Assembly (NCBI GenBank): GCA_021734445.1
Contig: JAIPIY010000002.1
Coordinates: 32,786 to 96,785 of the forward strand
Source: Minisyncoccota bacterium
GTDB taxonomy: Bacteria > Patescibacteriota > Minisyncoccia > Phycocordibacterales > UBA1006
DNA length: 64,000 bases
Reading direction: 5' to 3'
How positions within the stretch are numbered: position 1 is the stretch's first letter; every line of letters begins with the position of its first letter. The position numbers and the translations under genes were made by a program. Under the pieces are notes generated by a model, which did no database searches, was not told where the DNA came from, and saw nothing but the letters and a program-made list of their open reading frames with translations. Below, one piece after another: positions 9,799-18,902 of the stretch.

Positions 9799-10392
9799 AT
9801 GGCAATTACCACAGAAGACATTAAATTATTACGAGAAAAAACAGGAGTATCTGTTATTCAATGTAAAAAAGCACTAGAAGAAGCTGATGGAGACATGGAA
9901 AAAGCTCTTCTTATCTTGAAAAAGAAAAGTGCAGAAATTGTTGAAAAGAAATCTGACCGAGAATTAGGTGGGGGTGTAGTACAATCATATATCCATGGAA
10001 ACAAGAAAATTGGATGCATGATTGAATTATTATGCGAAACTGACTTTGTTGCAAACAACGAAGAGTTTCAAACTTTGGCGTACGATATTGCAATGCATGT
10101 AACTGCAATGCGACCAGAATTCTTGACTGCAAATGATATTTCGGAAGAAAAAAAATCTCAGGTAGAAGCTTTGTGCAAAGAAGAAGTCGCAAATCTAGAT
10201 AAACCAGAAGAAATCAAAGGGAAAATATTGGAGGGAAAAATACAGGATTTCTTCAAGGCGCGAACATTAATGGAGCAACCATTTGTGAAAAATCCTGATA
10301 TGACTATCAAGGATCTTATCAACGAGGCAGTACAGAAATTCGGAGAAAAAATACAGATTGGACGCTTTGCGTGTTATTCATTACTTGAATAA
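9799..10392 (+). CDS. tsf: Elongation factor Ts
   Basis: N-terminal UBA-like LREKTGVSVIQCKKALEEADGDMEKALLILKKK plus the dimerisation-domain core. This is the conserved rpsB-tsf pair. Confidence 0.95.
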   Translation: MAITTEDIKLLREKTGVSVIQCKKALEEADGDMEKALLILKKKSAEIVEKKSDRELGGGVVQSYIHGNKKIGCMIELLCETDFVANNEEFQTLAYDIAMHVTAMRPEFLTANDISEEKKSQVEALCKEEVANLDKPEEIKGKILEGKIQDFFKARTLMEQPFVKNPDMTIKDLINEAVQKFGEKIQIGRFACYSLLE

Positions 10393-10402
10393 ATAAACCA
10401 TC

Positions 10403-10780
10403 ATGTATTCTTTTTTTATTATCACTCTTGTATCTTCAACTATCGGACTTGTCATCTTTTTCTGGGTACACATGAAAGATCGTGTAACGGCATTATATCC
10501 AGAACCAATCCCAGAAAAAGCATGGTATAGCATCGATCTAGTTTCCCTGTTAGAAAGCGGGATTGACCTGGTAAAAAATTCTCTCTTTAACCTCTTTATT
10601 TTTTTATTAAAACAAGCTATACTGGTGTACAGATTTTCATTAATAAATCTTCGAAGATATCTTCGGGCCAGAATATATAGAATACTTTCTACTGCAGACA
10701 CATCAAAAATGAAGGGCGAAGAATCTCAATTTTTGAAAACAGTAAAAGAATATAAGAAACAGGTGCAGAAAGAGAGATGA
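10403..10780 (+). CDS. Hypothetical small membrane protein
   Basis: ATG start, one N-terminal TM and a basic C-terminus. It lies between tsf and tRNA-Thr. Weak support. Confidence 0.3.
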   Translation: MYSFFIITLVSSTIGLVIFFWVHMKDRVTALYPEPIPEKAWYSIDLVSLLESGIDLVKNSLFNLFIFLLKQAILVYRFSLINLRRYLRARIYRILSTADTSKMKGEESQFLKTVKEYKKQVQKER

Positions 10781-10789
10781 TAAAAATGT

Positions 10790-10865
10790 GCCGGCATAGC
10801 TCAGTTGGTAGAGCAACGGTTTTGTAAACCGTGGGTCGTGGGTTCAAGTCCCTCTGCCGGCTCCA
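10790..10865 (+). tRNA. tRNA-Thr (anticodon TGT)
   Basis: Manual cloverleaf: acceptor GCCGGCA/TGCCGGC, D arm GCTC-AGTTGGTA-GAGC, anticodon stem ACGGT/ACCGT with loop TTTGTAA, T arm GTGGG-TTCAAGT-CCCTC (one mismatch), and an encoded CCA. Confidence 0.85.
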
Positions 10866-10901
10866 TATAAAAAACATCCTGCAATTGCGGGATGTTTTTT
10901 A
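10866..10901. terminator. Bidirectional intrinsic terminator
   Basis: A-run, hairpin CATCCTGCAA/TTGCGGGATG, then a T7 run. It sits between tRNA-Thr and the convergent membrane-protein gene. Confidence 0.7.
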
Positions 10902-11609
10902 TTATCTGTAAATCTTTTGATCTAATCGGGTGTGAACTTCTTGGAACAATCCCCACACTGCAATCAGAAGACCTGTTATTTCCATAAACTCTTCCAATGA
11001 AGATCCAATAATAAAACCGGGATGATACACACCGCCCATTTCATAAAATCGTGCACCTATCATTTCCATACCAATAGCACCCAAGACAAACACCAGTGCA
11101 CCCGCAATGATAGTGTATTTAGTAGTCGTAGATAATTTCAATAAAAATGGAACCAAATAAAAAGACATCAACAACAAAATTATTCCGTATGGTATTACCC
11201 ATGCAAAATAAAAAAGACCCGAAACACCACCAAGGATATATTGAGTATGGTATGTCAGTTGCTCATGAACCTGAGCCAGTTCATCAAAACTAAGGAATAA
11301 TAACAACGTAGAAATAAATATCCAAGGTGTCCACTCTTTTTTTAATTTTTGTAAAAACTTATCGTACATTCCGCAAATCAACGCACAAGCAGATAAAACA
11401 AAAAACAACATCACGGAAAAAAATGTAGGGACATTTACCTCGTGACCAATATCAAACATACGGAAAATCCAAGTATTTTCAAAAAAAGGATTTTGTATGC
11501 GAATTCCTTGGAAAACAAGGTAGATTAAAATCATTGCAGCACCCAAGAAAACCAACACGCCAAACACCTGGTTAAGATTTTTTTTCCAAAAGAGAGTTCC
11601 CTGTTCCAT
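10902..11609 (-). CDS. Polytopic membrane protein, hypothetical
   Basis: 235 aa with about 6 hydrophobic helices. No family recognised. Confidence 0.55.
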   Translation of the reverse strand: MEQGTLFWKKNLNQVFGVLVFLGAAMILIYLVFQGIRIQNPFFENTWIFRMFDIGHEVNVPTFFSVMLFFVLSACALICGMYDKFLQKLKKEWTPWIFISTLLLFLSFDELAQVHEQLTYHTQYILGGVSGLFYFAWVIPYGIILLLMSFYLVPFLLKLSTTTKYTIIAGALVFVLGAIGMEMIGARFYEMGGVYHPGFIIGSSLEEFMEITGLLIAVWGLFQEVHTRLDQKIYR

Positions 11610-11652
11610 ATCAAGTACACCTACTATACCACATTTTCAGAGTATTTACAGT

Positions 11653-13332
11653 CTATTTCTTTTTACAGAACAATAATAAAAATCTCAGATCATCATACGT
11701 ATATGCATCCCCTACTATAGATTTCACAGTTCCCAATTTTTGATCATCTGCTTTTTGTAGAGCTTTTTCAATAATCACGATATCTTTTTTAAATGATACT
11801 TTTTTAGGTTGTAAATAATCAATGTCTTTTATCGTAACAGCATCATCTTTGAGAAGTTTTTCTATGTGATTCATAATCGTCTGCACTGTCAGAGATCTTT
11901 CTTTTGCAATAGATTCTAATGTCTGTTTTTGCAGTATGAATTCTTTTGTAGCTTGATACGTTGAAACTTTTTGTTTAGACAATTTTTGCTTCTTTTCTTT
12001 TTTTACTATTTGTAAGCTACCACCAGATTTTTTAATAAAGTCATAATGAAGATTTTGTATTTTTTCTGCATCGGTAATCAATAATCTTTTTACTAATTTT
12101 TCTGATTCTAACTGAAATCGATTATCATGTTGATATACCACAGGATCAACCCGAAGGGCATGTTCGTTATAACCCAATAATTGTAGCCCCTGGATGGATC
12201 GTACCCGTGATAATGCCACGTATCCCTGCCCTGGGACAAAACATTGGGACAAATCCATACATACCGCATCTAATGTCATACCCTGGCTCTTGTGTACGGT
12301 AATAGCCCATGCTAGACGTAGGGGTAATTGGGTTACTTCGGCCAAAACCTTGCCGTCATCGGTAGTCACAGACCATGTTTCTGGGTGTACATAAATACGT
12401 TCCCCTGATCTGGTTTCGACAATAACATCATCATTATCAATCGTTACAATACTACCCAATGTACCATTTACATATTTACCCTCGTTGCTGTTTTTTACGA
12501 ACATTACCAGTGCTCCTTCTTTTAATGAAAGTATTTCGTGGGTCAATAATGTTTTTTTCAAAGTTTCAATATGTTTAGCAGAACCTTTTGATGTCATAGA
12601 AAAAGTTCGCACAGGAGTTTCAAGATTACCTAATTTCTCTTGATTAATTTTATCCACATCAACATTGTGCGTAAATAATAATGGTCTTTCTCCATCGTAC
12701 ACAATTTCTTCTACCGCACATGAAGATAAAATATCATGAGTATCTTCAGAAATTGAACATGATCGTATCTGAGACAAAACGGACAACAATGGTCCATCAT
12801 CCTGACGATATGATTTTTGTAAATAACAAAGATGAATATCTGCGTTTTTCCATGCATCAGACAAAAAAGCATACGTAGTTCCGGTACCCCCAATAGGTGG
12901 TAATTGGAAAAAGTCACCTACAAAAATAACCTGCATTCCCCCAAATGGTTTTTCAGAATTTTTCATTGCCCGTGCCAATAGATCCAAACTGTTTAACAAT
13001 GCGCCCGACAACATGGAAATTTCATCGATGACGAGAACTTTTGTCTCATGAAATCGATCCCAAATATATTTCTTTTCCAACATCATCTCAACATCCCATT
13101 CAGACAGATTTTCTCGAACCCCAATACCTGACCATGCGTGTATGGTCATACCACCAATATGTGTCGAAGCAATCCCAGTAGATGCGGTTACCGCAACAGG
13201 CATATCATGATCGCGTAGATACGCAATATATTGATTAATAACATAGGTCTTCCCTGTCCCAGGGGCGCCGGTCAGAAATACGTTATGTCCCATTTTTAGA
13301 ATATCCAATGTCTGTTCTTGTGTCATGTGCAT
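11653..13332 (-). CDS. Pif1/RecD-family SF1B DNA helicase with a C-terminal HTH-like extension
   Basis: Walker A LTGAPGTGKTYV, motif Ia VTASTGIAS, VIDEISM, and the characteristic Pif1 C-terminal SF1B blocks. A basic helix-rich tail of ~130 aa follows, as in the bacterial Pif1 HTH_40-type extension. Confidence 0.85.
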   Translation of the reverse strand: MHMTQEQTLDILKMGHNVFLTGAPGTGKTYVINQYIAYLRDHDMPVAVTASTGIASTHIGGMTIHAWSGIGVRENLSEWDVEMMLEKKYIWDRFHETKVLVIDEISMLSGALLNSLDLLARAMKNSEKPFGGMQVIFVGDFFQLPPIGGTGTTYAFLSDAWKNADIHLCYLQKSYRQDDGPLLSVLSQIRSCSISEDTHDILSSCAVEEIVYDGERPLLFTHNVDVDKINQEKLGNLETPVRTFSMTSKGSAKHIETLKKTLLTHEILSLKEGALVMFVKNSNEGKYVNGTLGSIVTIDNDDVIVETRSGERIYVHPETWSVTTDDGKVLAEVTQLPLRLAWAITVHKSQGMTLDAVCMDLSQCFVPGQGYVALSRVRSIQGLQLLGYNEHALRVDPVVYQHDNRFQLESEKLVKRLLITDAEKIQNLHYDFIKKSGGSLQIVKKEKKQKLSKQKVSTYQATKEFILQKQTLESIAKERSLTVQTIMNHIEKLLKDDAVTIKDIDYLQPKKVSFKKDIVIIEKALQKADDQKLGTVKSIVGDAYTYDDLRFLLLFCKKK

Positions 13333-13382
13333 CTAGTATACAGGATATTTTGTGAAAGAAAAATAAAAAATTACCCCAAAAC

Positions 13383-13408
13383 AAAAAGCCCGATCGGGCT
13401 TTTTGTTT
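13383..13408. terminator. Bidirectional intrinsic terminator
   Basis: AAAAAGCCCGATCGGGCTTTTTG palindrome between the convergent-side genes. Confidence 0.7.
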
Positions 13409-13416
13409 ATAATATA

Positions 13417-14121
13417 TTAAGGCAGGTTTGATATACTAAAGTTATTATCACTTTCATCTTGAGCATGAAGTGTTCTCGTACCCGCTGAACAAGGAGAGTT
13501 CGGATTTGGAAACCCATCACAAAAAGGTACCCCAGTATATAGCTCGGTTTTTATTTTAGTTTGAAAACTTGTATCCGGTGGAAATGTGTATCCTGCATCC
13601 GAACATCCAAAAACTGAAGAGCTTATCGTCCAATTATAATTGCCTTGTGATGCAAGAACTTGTTCTTCTCCAAAGCAGTCTCGAGAATAATGTATATCTC
13701 CAACCCCAGAAGGAATAGAGTAAGAAAGTCTTAACCAAGAATTTGCAGGTGTATTACATGTGTCCCAATTGACCGTATATGTTTGACCAATTCTCCAGTC
13801 TTCCCCACCATTTGGTGAAATAATTTTAATCCATGGTTGTGTATTTGGTGTACAATTATTTTCACCCCCTAGTGATACACCAACTTTTATACCATTACCT
13901 GATGAAACTGGCCCTGTTTCGACTGAACTATCTTGATCTTCTGTTATTACACTCATATCCGAAGATGTTTCACCTAATTCGTTATTATTTTCTGTAATAA
14001 CATCGACATTTTTGTTATTTGTTGTCGCAAAATATATACCTCCACCAACAACCAACAGACCAAAGATTATCAAGACAGCAGCTGGTAATGCAAAACCTAA
14101 ATTTTTTATCTTTGCTTTCAT
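13417..14121 (-). CDS. Secreted/anchored Cys-containing protein with a Kre9/KNH-like (GPI-anchored-family-like) domain
   Basis: N-terminal signal/TM. The domain NCTPNTQPWIKIISPNGGEDWRIGQTYTVNW is paralogous to one in the next gene. Confidence 0.6.
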   Translation of the reverse strand: MKAKIKNLGFALPAAVLIIFGLLVVGGGIYFATTNNKNVDVITENNNELGETSSDMSVITEDQDSSVETGPVSSGNGIKVGVSLGGENNCTPNTQPWIKIISPNGGEDWRIGQTYTVNWDTCNTPANSWLRLSYSIPSGVGDIHYSRDCFGEEQVLASQGNYNWTISSSVFGCSDAGYTFPPDTSFQTKIKTELYTGVPFCDGFPNPNSPCSAGTRTLHAQDESDNNFSISNLP

Positions 14122-14147
14122 AGATATATAATTATTATGCTAATTCC

Positions 14148-15440
14148 CTATATACAAGTTCCAATTGTCCAGCCTATGGTTCCATCAGAATTACCACGAT
14201 GACATGTTTGCGTAACTGTAGGTTGCCCAAGAGTCCATGTTCCATTTTGATATGTGGCAATAGAAACTCTTTTTGTCTGAGATACTGAATCATCTAGTTG
14301 TGCAAAAATTGCTGTAACTATATATTGACCATCATTATTTTGATCTACAGTAACAGATACACTTCCACATTCTTGTACACAACCTTCTTCAGGGAAAAGA
14401 TTACCCCATGTCTGTTTTGCTAAAATTTCTGCTTGTGCTTGTGTTAATGATTGACTTATTATGGTCGTTTCACTTTCTGATCCACTTGCATTTATAGTAA
14501 ATGAATTGTCTGAACTATCAATAAAATTAGGAGGTGCTCCTTCAGGACCTGAAGTTTGATTTAGCTCATGATCAATTATTACCCAATAATTTCCTGGAAC
14601 AAGCACGGGTGATAAGGTAAATGTCTCAGAGCCATCATTCACTGTACCATTTGGAATAAAGGACTGAACTACAGGCTGATTTGTGCTATTATTATGTGCG
14701 AGAATATAAACTACTGAGGAAAAATTACAACTCTCCCATTCTACAGCAATCTCTTCTCCCGCAACATATTCCTCTCCACCATTTGGTGACAATACCTTGA
14801 TCCAAGGTGCAGTATTTGCATTACATATTTCAGTATTTTCACCAGTAAGTGTTGTATCTGTTGTAGATACGTTAATTCGAGTATCCGCACCAGATCTTAC
14901 CGCAACGACCTTTTGTTCAAGCTCTTTGGTTGACTGCAGGCGCGCACCTACAGAGGTACGCATACTTTCTTGTTGTTCCACTGCACGATCAATGGCTTGT
15001 TTTACTTCTTCATCTTCAGCGTGCAACTGAACATCTTGTAATATTGAAACTCGATTTTCAGAAATATCTGAAAATCGAGATAATACTTGCTGTCGTATTG
15101 CCAAATCAGGAATACGCGAAACCGCAACAGTTGCCCGTGCTAAATGTTCTTCAGATTCACGCAAAAAAGATTCTGCTTCTGCGATATTTCCTTGCTCCAT
15201 TTCTTGTGTAGCCAACCCAAAACTACGACCTGAAAATTCTTGTAATAAGCTAGCTTTCTTTTCTGAATTAAAAGTAAAGAAAAGTTTGATTTTATCAAAA
15301 AAACCAATTGGTTTTATTTCTGCGCTTTGCACAATAGATACGTCTGCGGTACTGGTAGCCATTTGTGCCGAAACAGTATACGCTGAAACAAATACCAACC
15401 CTATACCTATAAATATACTTGCAATTATTTTGTTAGTCAT
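14148..15440 (-). CDS. Secreted protein: signal peptide, coiled-coil region, Kre9/KNH-like domain and a C-terminal Cys-containing domain
   Basis: MTNKIIASIFIGIGLVFVSAYTVSA signal. ICNANTAPWIKVLSPNGGEEYVAGEEIAVEW is paralogous to the 13417-14121 domain. Confidence 0.6.
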   Translation of the reverse strand: MTNKIIASIFIGIGLVFVSAYTVSAQMATSTADVSIVQSAEIKPIGFFDKIKLFFTFNSEKKASLLQEFSGRSFGLATQEMEQGNIAEAESFLRESEEHLARATVAVSRIPDLAIRQQVLSRFSDISENRVSILQDVQLHAEDEEVKQAIDRAVEQQESMRTSVGARLQSTKELEQKVVAVRSGADTRINVSTTDTTLTGENTEICNANTAPWIKVLSPNGGEEYVAGEEIAVEWESCNFSSVVYILAHNNSTNQPVVQSFIPNGTVNDGSETFTLSPVLVPGNYWVIIDHELNQTSGPEGAPPNFIDSSDNSFTINASGSESETTIISQSLTQAQAEILAKQTWGNLFPEEGCVQECGSVSVTVDQNNDGQYIVTAIFAQLDDSVSQTKRVSIATYQNGTWTLGQPTVTQTCHRGNSDGTIGWTIGTCI

Positions 15441-15481
15441 GATATAAAAATAAACTCTTAAATTTTGTTACAGTATACCAT

Positions 15482-15508
15482 AAAAACCATACTCTTGGTA
15501 TGGTTTTT
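15482..15508 (-). terminator. Putative intrinsic terminator after the CxxC membrane protein gene
   Basis: AAAAA-CCATAC-TCTTG-GTATGG-TTTTT palindrome. The stem is short and AT-rich. Confidence 0.4.
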
Positions 15509-15521
15509 ATGAAACTAACAT

Positions 15522-16280
15522 TTATATATCTGTTTTTTCTACAGTACCTTCTTCTTTATTTTCTTCTTCAGATATTTCTTCATCTTCTTTTATTTCTTGC
15601 GATGCATAATAGTTTTCAACTAATACCAATGGAAGCATTTCTTCTACATCCGCTAATGAAAATAATCCTGTATGAACAATATCATCAACCATAATCGAAG
15701 GAGAGCCAGGAATATTAAAAATGGATATTAATGTTTGCATAGCTGGTGTATGTAAATCACGATCTAGCCAATAAATACGAACTTCTGGATATCGTGCACC
15801 AATTTCATCCAATACCACCGTTTGACGTCGGCAATCACGACATGACTGTTCATGGAAATATAATACAGAAACGATTTCTTCTCCGCATCGTTCGTTGAGC
15901 TCTTGTCGCAAAAGATAATCTTTTATTTGTAAAAGATTATATTGTTGTTTAATAGCTAATAGATTTGGATTTTCAGAGCCCAAATCACTCTCCATAAACT
16001 TCACCCGCCGAGCTAGATTATTTAATTCTTCATTTAATTCACGTTCAAAGTTTTCATTTGAAACAACATGATCACAAGAAGAATTTCCTAGTAATGCATA
16101 TCGTGTTTCTATAGATAAAATATCAAGAGATATTTTATTTTGAATTTCTTGAATTTGTGAAATACGTGCATTACTAGCTTTATCAGATAAAAAGAATGCC
16201 AGAATGAACAATCCTAAGGTTACAAAAAATACAATTGCATAATGATAAAAAGAATAGTTTTTCATATATATTAGCGCCAC
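15522..16280 (-). CDS. Membrane-anchored thioredoxin-like (CxxC) protein with an acidic C-terminal tail
   Basis: N-terminal TM, a CRDC (CxxC) motif in a region of thioredoxin-fold-like spacing, and a Glu-rich tail. Overlaps the GT2 gene by 10 nt. Confidence 0.45.
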   Translation of the reverse strand: MALIYMKNYSFYHYAIVFFVTLGLFILAFFLSDKASNARISQIQEIQNKISLDILSIETRYALLGNSSCDHVVSNENFERELNEELNNLARRVKFMESDLGSENPNLLAIKQQYNLLQIKDYLLRQELNERCGEEIVSVLYFHEQSCRDCRRQTVVLDEIGARYPEVRIYWLDRDLHTPAMQTLISIFNIPGSPSIMVDDIVHTGLFSLADVEEMLPLVLVENYYASQEIKEDEEISEEENKEEGTVEKTDI

Positions 16281-17557
16281 GATGGTGTGCTGGCGCGAAG
16301 AGTATCATATACAGAACGCAGTACCCAAAATGGAACTACAAGTCCGTACAAAATAAAAAATGGAATAAAATTAACAAAAGAACCTTTTCGAATACCTGAA
16401 ACATATCTTCCCAAAAATACGGTCCCTAAAACAGATGCAAATATAACCAGAGACAAGAATGATAATGCCTGAGTATTCACGAAAAACCAATCCAACGAAA
16501 CAAATGCTTGCCATGATGAATTAAACCCAACCAATTGCAAGGTACTGAAATAATGTATCAAACCATCAAAAATTTTATACCAACTAATGAAGAACACACT
16601 AAGAATAACAAAATAGGCAAATACACTGGTTGGCACTGTGAACATACCAAATGCTCCCATTTTCGGATTGAAAATAATTTTTTTATAATCACGCGTATTT
16701 TGCAAAAACCCATATCCCCAACGTAACCGCTGTCGAAATAATGATGATACCGAAGCAGGACCTGTGGTGTATACCAAAGCATTATGACAATGATCTACTT
16801 CGTATCCCGCAATTTGTAATCGATAGGTCAATTCTAAATCTTCTAGATTATGTGCTCTTTTATAGCCACCCACAGCACGTAATGCATCTATTTTGAATAC
16901 AGAAAATGCACCAGGGACAACCAAAACACCACCCAAGAGACCTAAAACTTTTTTTGTAAATGCAAACATTTGATATTCAATACTTTGTGCTTTTTGAGCA
17001 AATGTTGCTGGGTTATGAATCAATACTGAACCTCCTACTGCTGAAACTTTTTTATTTTTTACGAACACAGATGCAATCGCTTGAATTGACTGAGAATCAA
17101 GTCTCGTATCTGCATCCAATGAACATATTAAATCAGTAGTGACGTAATCCAAAGCAAGGTTCAAAGCACTGTGTTTCCCCCCATTTTCTTTTTGCAAAAG
17201 AATAGTATTTTTTCTTTGTGCATATTTTTGTAACTCTTTCCACGTGGCATCGGTACTACCATCATCAACAGCAATAACAAATAATTTATCTTGTGGATAT
17301 GCTACGTTATCCAACGACACAAATGTTGCATCTATGGTTTTTTCCTCGTTCCAACATGGAACTACCAAAGTAACAGTAGGCAATTCTTTGGGGTCAACAG
17401 AAACGAGAGAATCTTGTTTATATTGTTTACGAGAAATAAAAAATGAATACAGAAAAAAAATCTGTGTGTACAAAGACACAAAGACAACCCCATACAAAAA
17501 AACTTGAACCCAATCTATATGCATATAATTATTAGTATTACTATACCAAAAAAACAC
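16271..17557 (-). CDS. Processive family-2 glycosyltransferase (NodC/PgaC/cellulose-synthase-like), integral membrane
   Basis: VVPCWNEEKTI...VDDGSTD (DxD region), D-box, QRLRWGYG (the Q(Q/R)xRW motif of processive beta-glycosyl polymerases), flanking TM helices. Confidence 0.85.
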   Translation of the reverse strand: MFFWYSNTNNYMHIDWVQVFLYGVVFVSLYTQIFFLYSFFISRKQYKQDSLVSVDPKELPTVTLVVPCWNEEKTIDATFVSLDNVAYPQDKLFVIAVDDGSTDATWKELQKYAQRKNTILLQKENGGKHSALNLALDYVTTDLICSLDADTRLDSQSIQAIASVFVKNKKVSAVGGSVLIHNPATFAQKAQSIEYQMFAFTKKVLGLLGGVLVVPGAFSVFKIDALRAVGGYKRAHNLEDLELTYRLQIAGYEVDHCHNALVYTTGPASVSSLFRQRLRWGYGFLQNTRDYKKIIFNPKMGAFGMFTVPTSVFAYFVILSVFFISWYKIFDGLIHYFSTLQLVGFNSSWQAFVSLDWFFVNTQALSFLSLVIFASVLGTVFLGRYVSGIRKGSFVNFIPFFILYGLVVPFWVLRSVYDTLRASTPSWR

Positions 17558-17578
17558 TCATTTTACAATACGTAAAGG

Positions 17579-18898
17579 TTAATAATCTCGAAGCTTTTTA
17601 ATCTTTTCATTATTACGGATTTTATCGTGCACTTTTGCTTCAATTTGACGAATACGTTCTCGAGTTACTCCAAATTCACGTCCGACTTCTTCTAATGTGT
17701 GATTTACCCCATCTAATAGACCATAACGCATTTCAATAATTTTGCGTTCCTTTATAGAAAGATCATTTAATATTTCATGAATTTGATCTGTTAAAATTCG
17801 CTTTGATGCATCCTGGTCTGGTCGTGGAATTTTATCATCTGCGATAAATTCACCCATAGTTGATTTTTCATCATCATCACGACCAACAGGTTCTTCCAAA
17901 GATAATGTATCTTGATTGATTTTTTCAATCATATGTATTTTATCTACTTCGATTCCCATCTCTGTTGCGATTTCTTCTGGCAATGGATCACGTCCTAGAT
18001 CCTGTGAAAGTCTGCGGGAAACTTGTTTATATTTTGAAATAGTTTCCACCATGTGTACAGGAATACGAATGGTTCGTGATTGATCAGCCAATGCACGAGT
18101 AATAGACTGTCGAATCCACCAGGTTGCATACGTTGAGAATTTAAATCCTTTGTTCCAGTCAAATTTTTCAACCGCTTTGAACAATCCAAGATTTCCTTCT
18201 TGAATCAAATCCAACAATGACAAATCAGAGCTACGTCCAACATATTTTTTTGCAATAGAAACAACTAGACGAAGATTCGCTTTTGCCAAAAGATTTTTAG
18301 CCTCATCATCTCCTGCTTCGATACGTTTCGCTAATTCTTTTTCCTGAGACGCTTTAATCAATGGATACTGTCCTATTTCACGCAGATAAATTTGAATAGA
18401 ATCTTGTCCTGTTCCCTCTTCTTTATTATATTTATTGTAATCAGAAGATTCTTCATCAAGACTGAGCAGATTTCCACCCTCTAACACATCAATACCTGCA
18501 ACAGAAAAACGTTCATAGAGATCATCCAAGAAAAGAACATCAGTCTCAACATCAGGAAATGCTTTCAATATTTCATCATAGGTAACAAAGCCTCGTTTTT
18601 TTGCTTTCTCAACCAACACATGAATACGAGCATTTCGCTCTTCAAGCATTTTTTCAAAAGCAAGACTGGTTTTTCGTATCGCAGGGGCTTTCTTTGCTGT
18701 TTTTTTCAAATCTTTTTTAACGACTTTCTTAACAGCCTTTTTGACCACCTTTTTAGGGCTCGCAGGTTTTTTTACTGCAACTTTTTTTGCTACTTTTTTT
18801 ACAGGTTTTTTAACGACTTTCTTAACAACTTTTTTTACTGCTTTCTTTGTTGTTTTTTTCATAACTTTTTTTATTGTTTTTTTCTTTGTTGTTGCCAT
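17579..18898 (-). CDS. rpoD: RNA polymerase sigma-70 (RpoD) with a lysine/alanine/valine-rich histone-H1-like N-terminal tail
   Basis: Regions 2-4 are intact ([32 protein letters not shown], the region 4 [22 protein letters not shown]). The first ~75 aa are [10 protein letters not shown]-type repeats replacing region 1.1. Confidence 0.95.
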   Translation of the reverse strand: MATTKKKTIKKVMKKTTKKAVKKVVKKVVKKPVKKVAKKVAVKKPASPKKVVKKAVKKVVKKDLKKTAKKAPAIRKTSLAFEKMLEERNARIHVLVEKAKKRGFVTYDEILKAFPDVETDVLFLDDLYERFSVAGIDVLEGGNLLSLDEESSDYNKYNKEEGTGQDSIQIYLREIGQYPLIKASQEKELAKRIEAGDDEAKNLLAKANLRLVVSIAKKYVGRSSDLSLLDLIQEGNLGLFKAVEKFDWNKGFKFSTYATWWIRQSITRALADQSRTIRIPVHMVETISKYKQVSRRLSQDLGRDPLPEEIATEMGIEVDKIHMIEKINQDTLSLEEPVGRDDDEKSTMGEFIADDKIPRPDQDASKRILTDQIHEILNDLSIKERKIIEMRYGLLDGVNHTLEEVGREFGVTRERIRQIEAKVHDKIRNNEKIKKLRDY

Positions 18899-18902
18899 AT
18901 GA

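Noticed and set aside
10381-10877. Minus-strand ORFs 10381-10701 and 10689-10877
   Set aside because: They overlap tsf, the plus-strand small gene and the tRNA-Thr. They are antisense reading-through artefacts.
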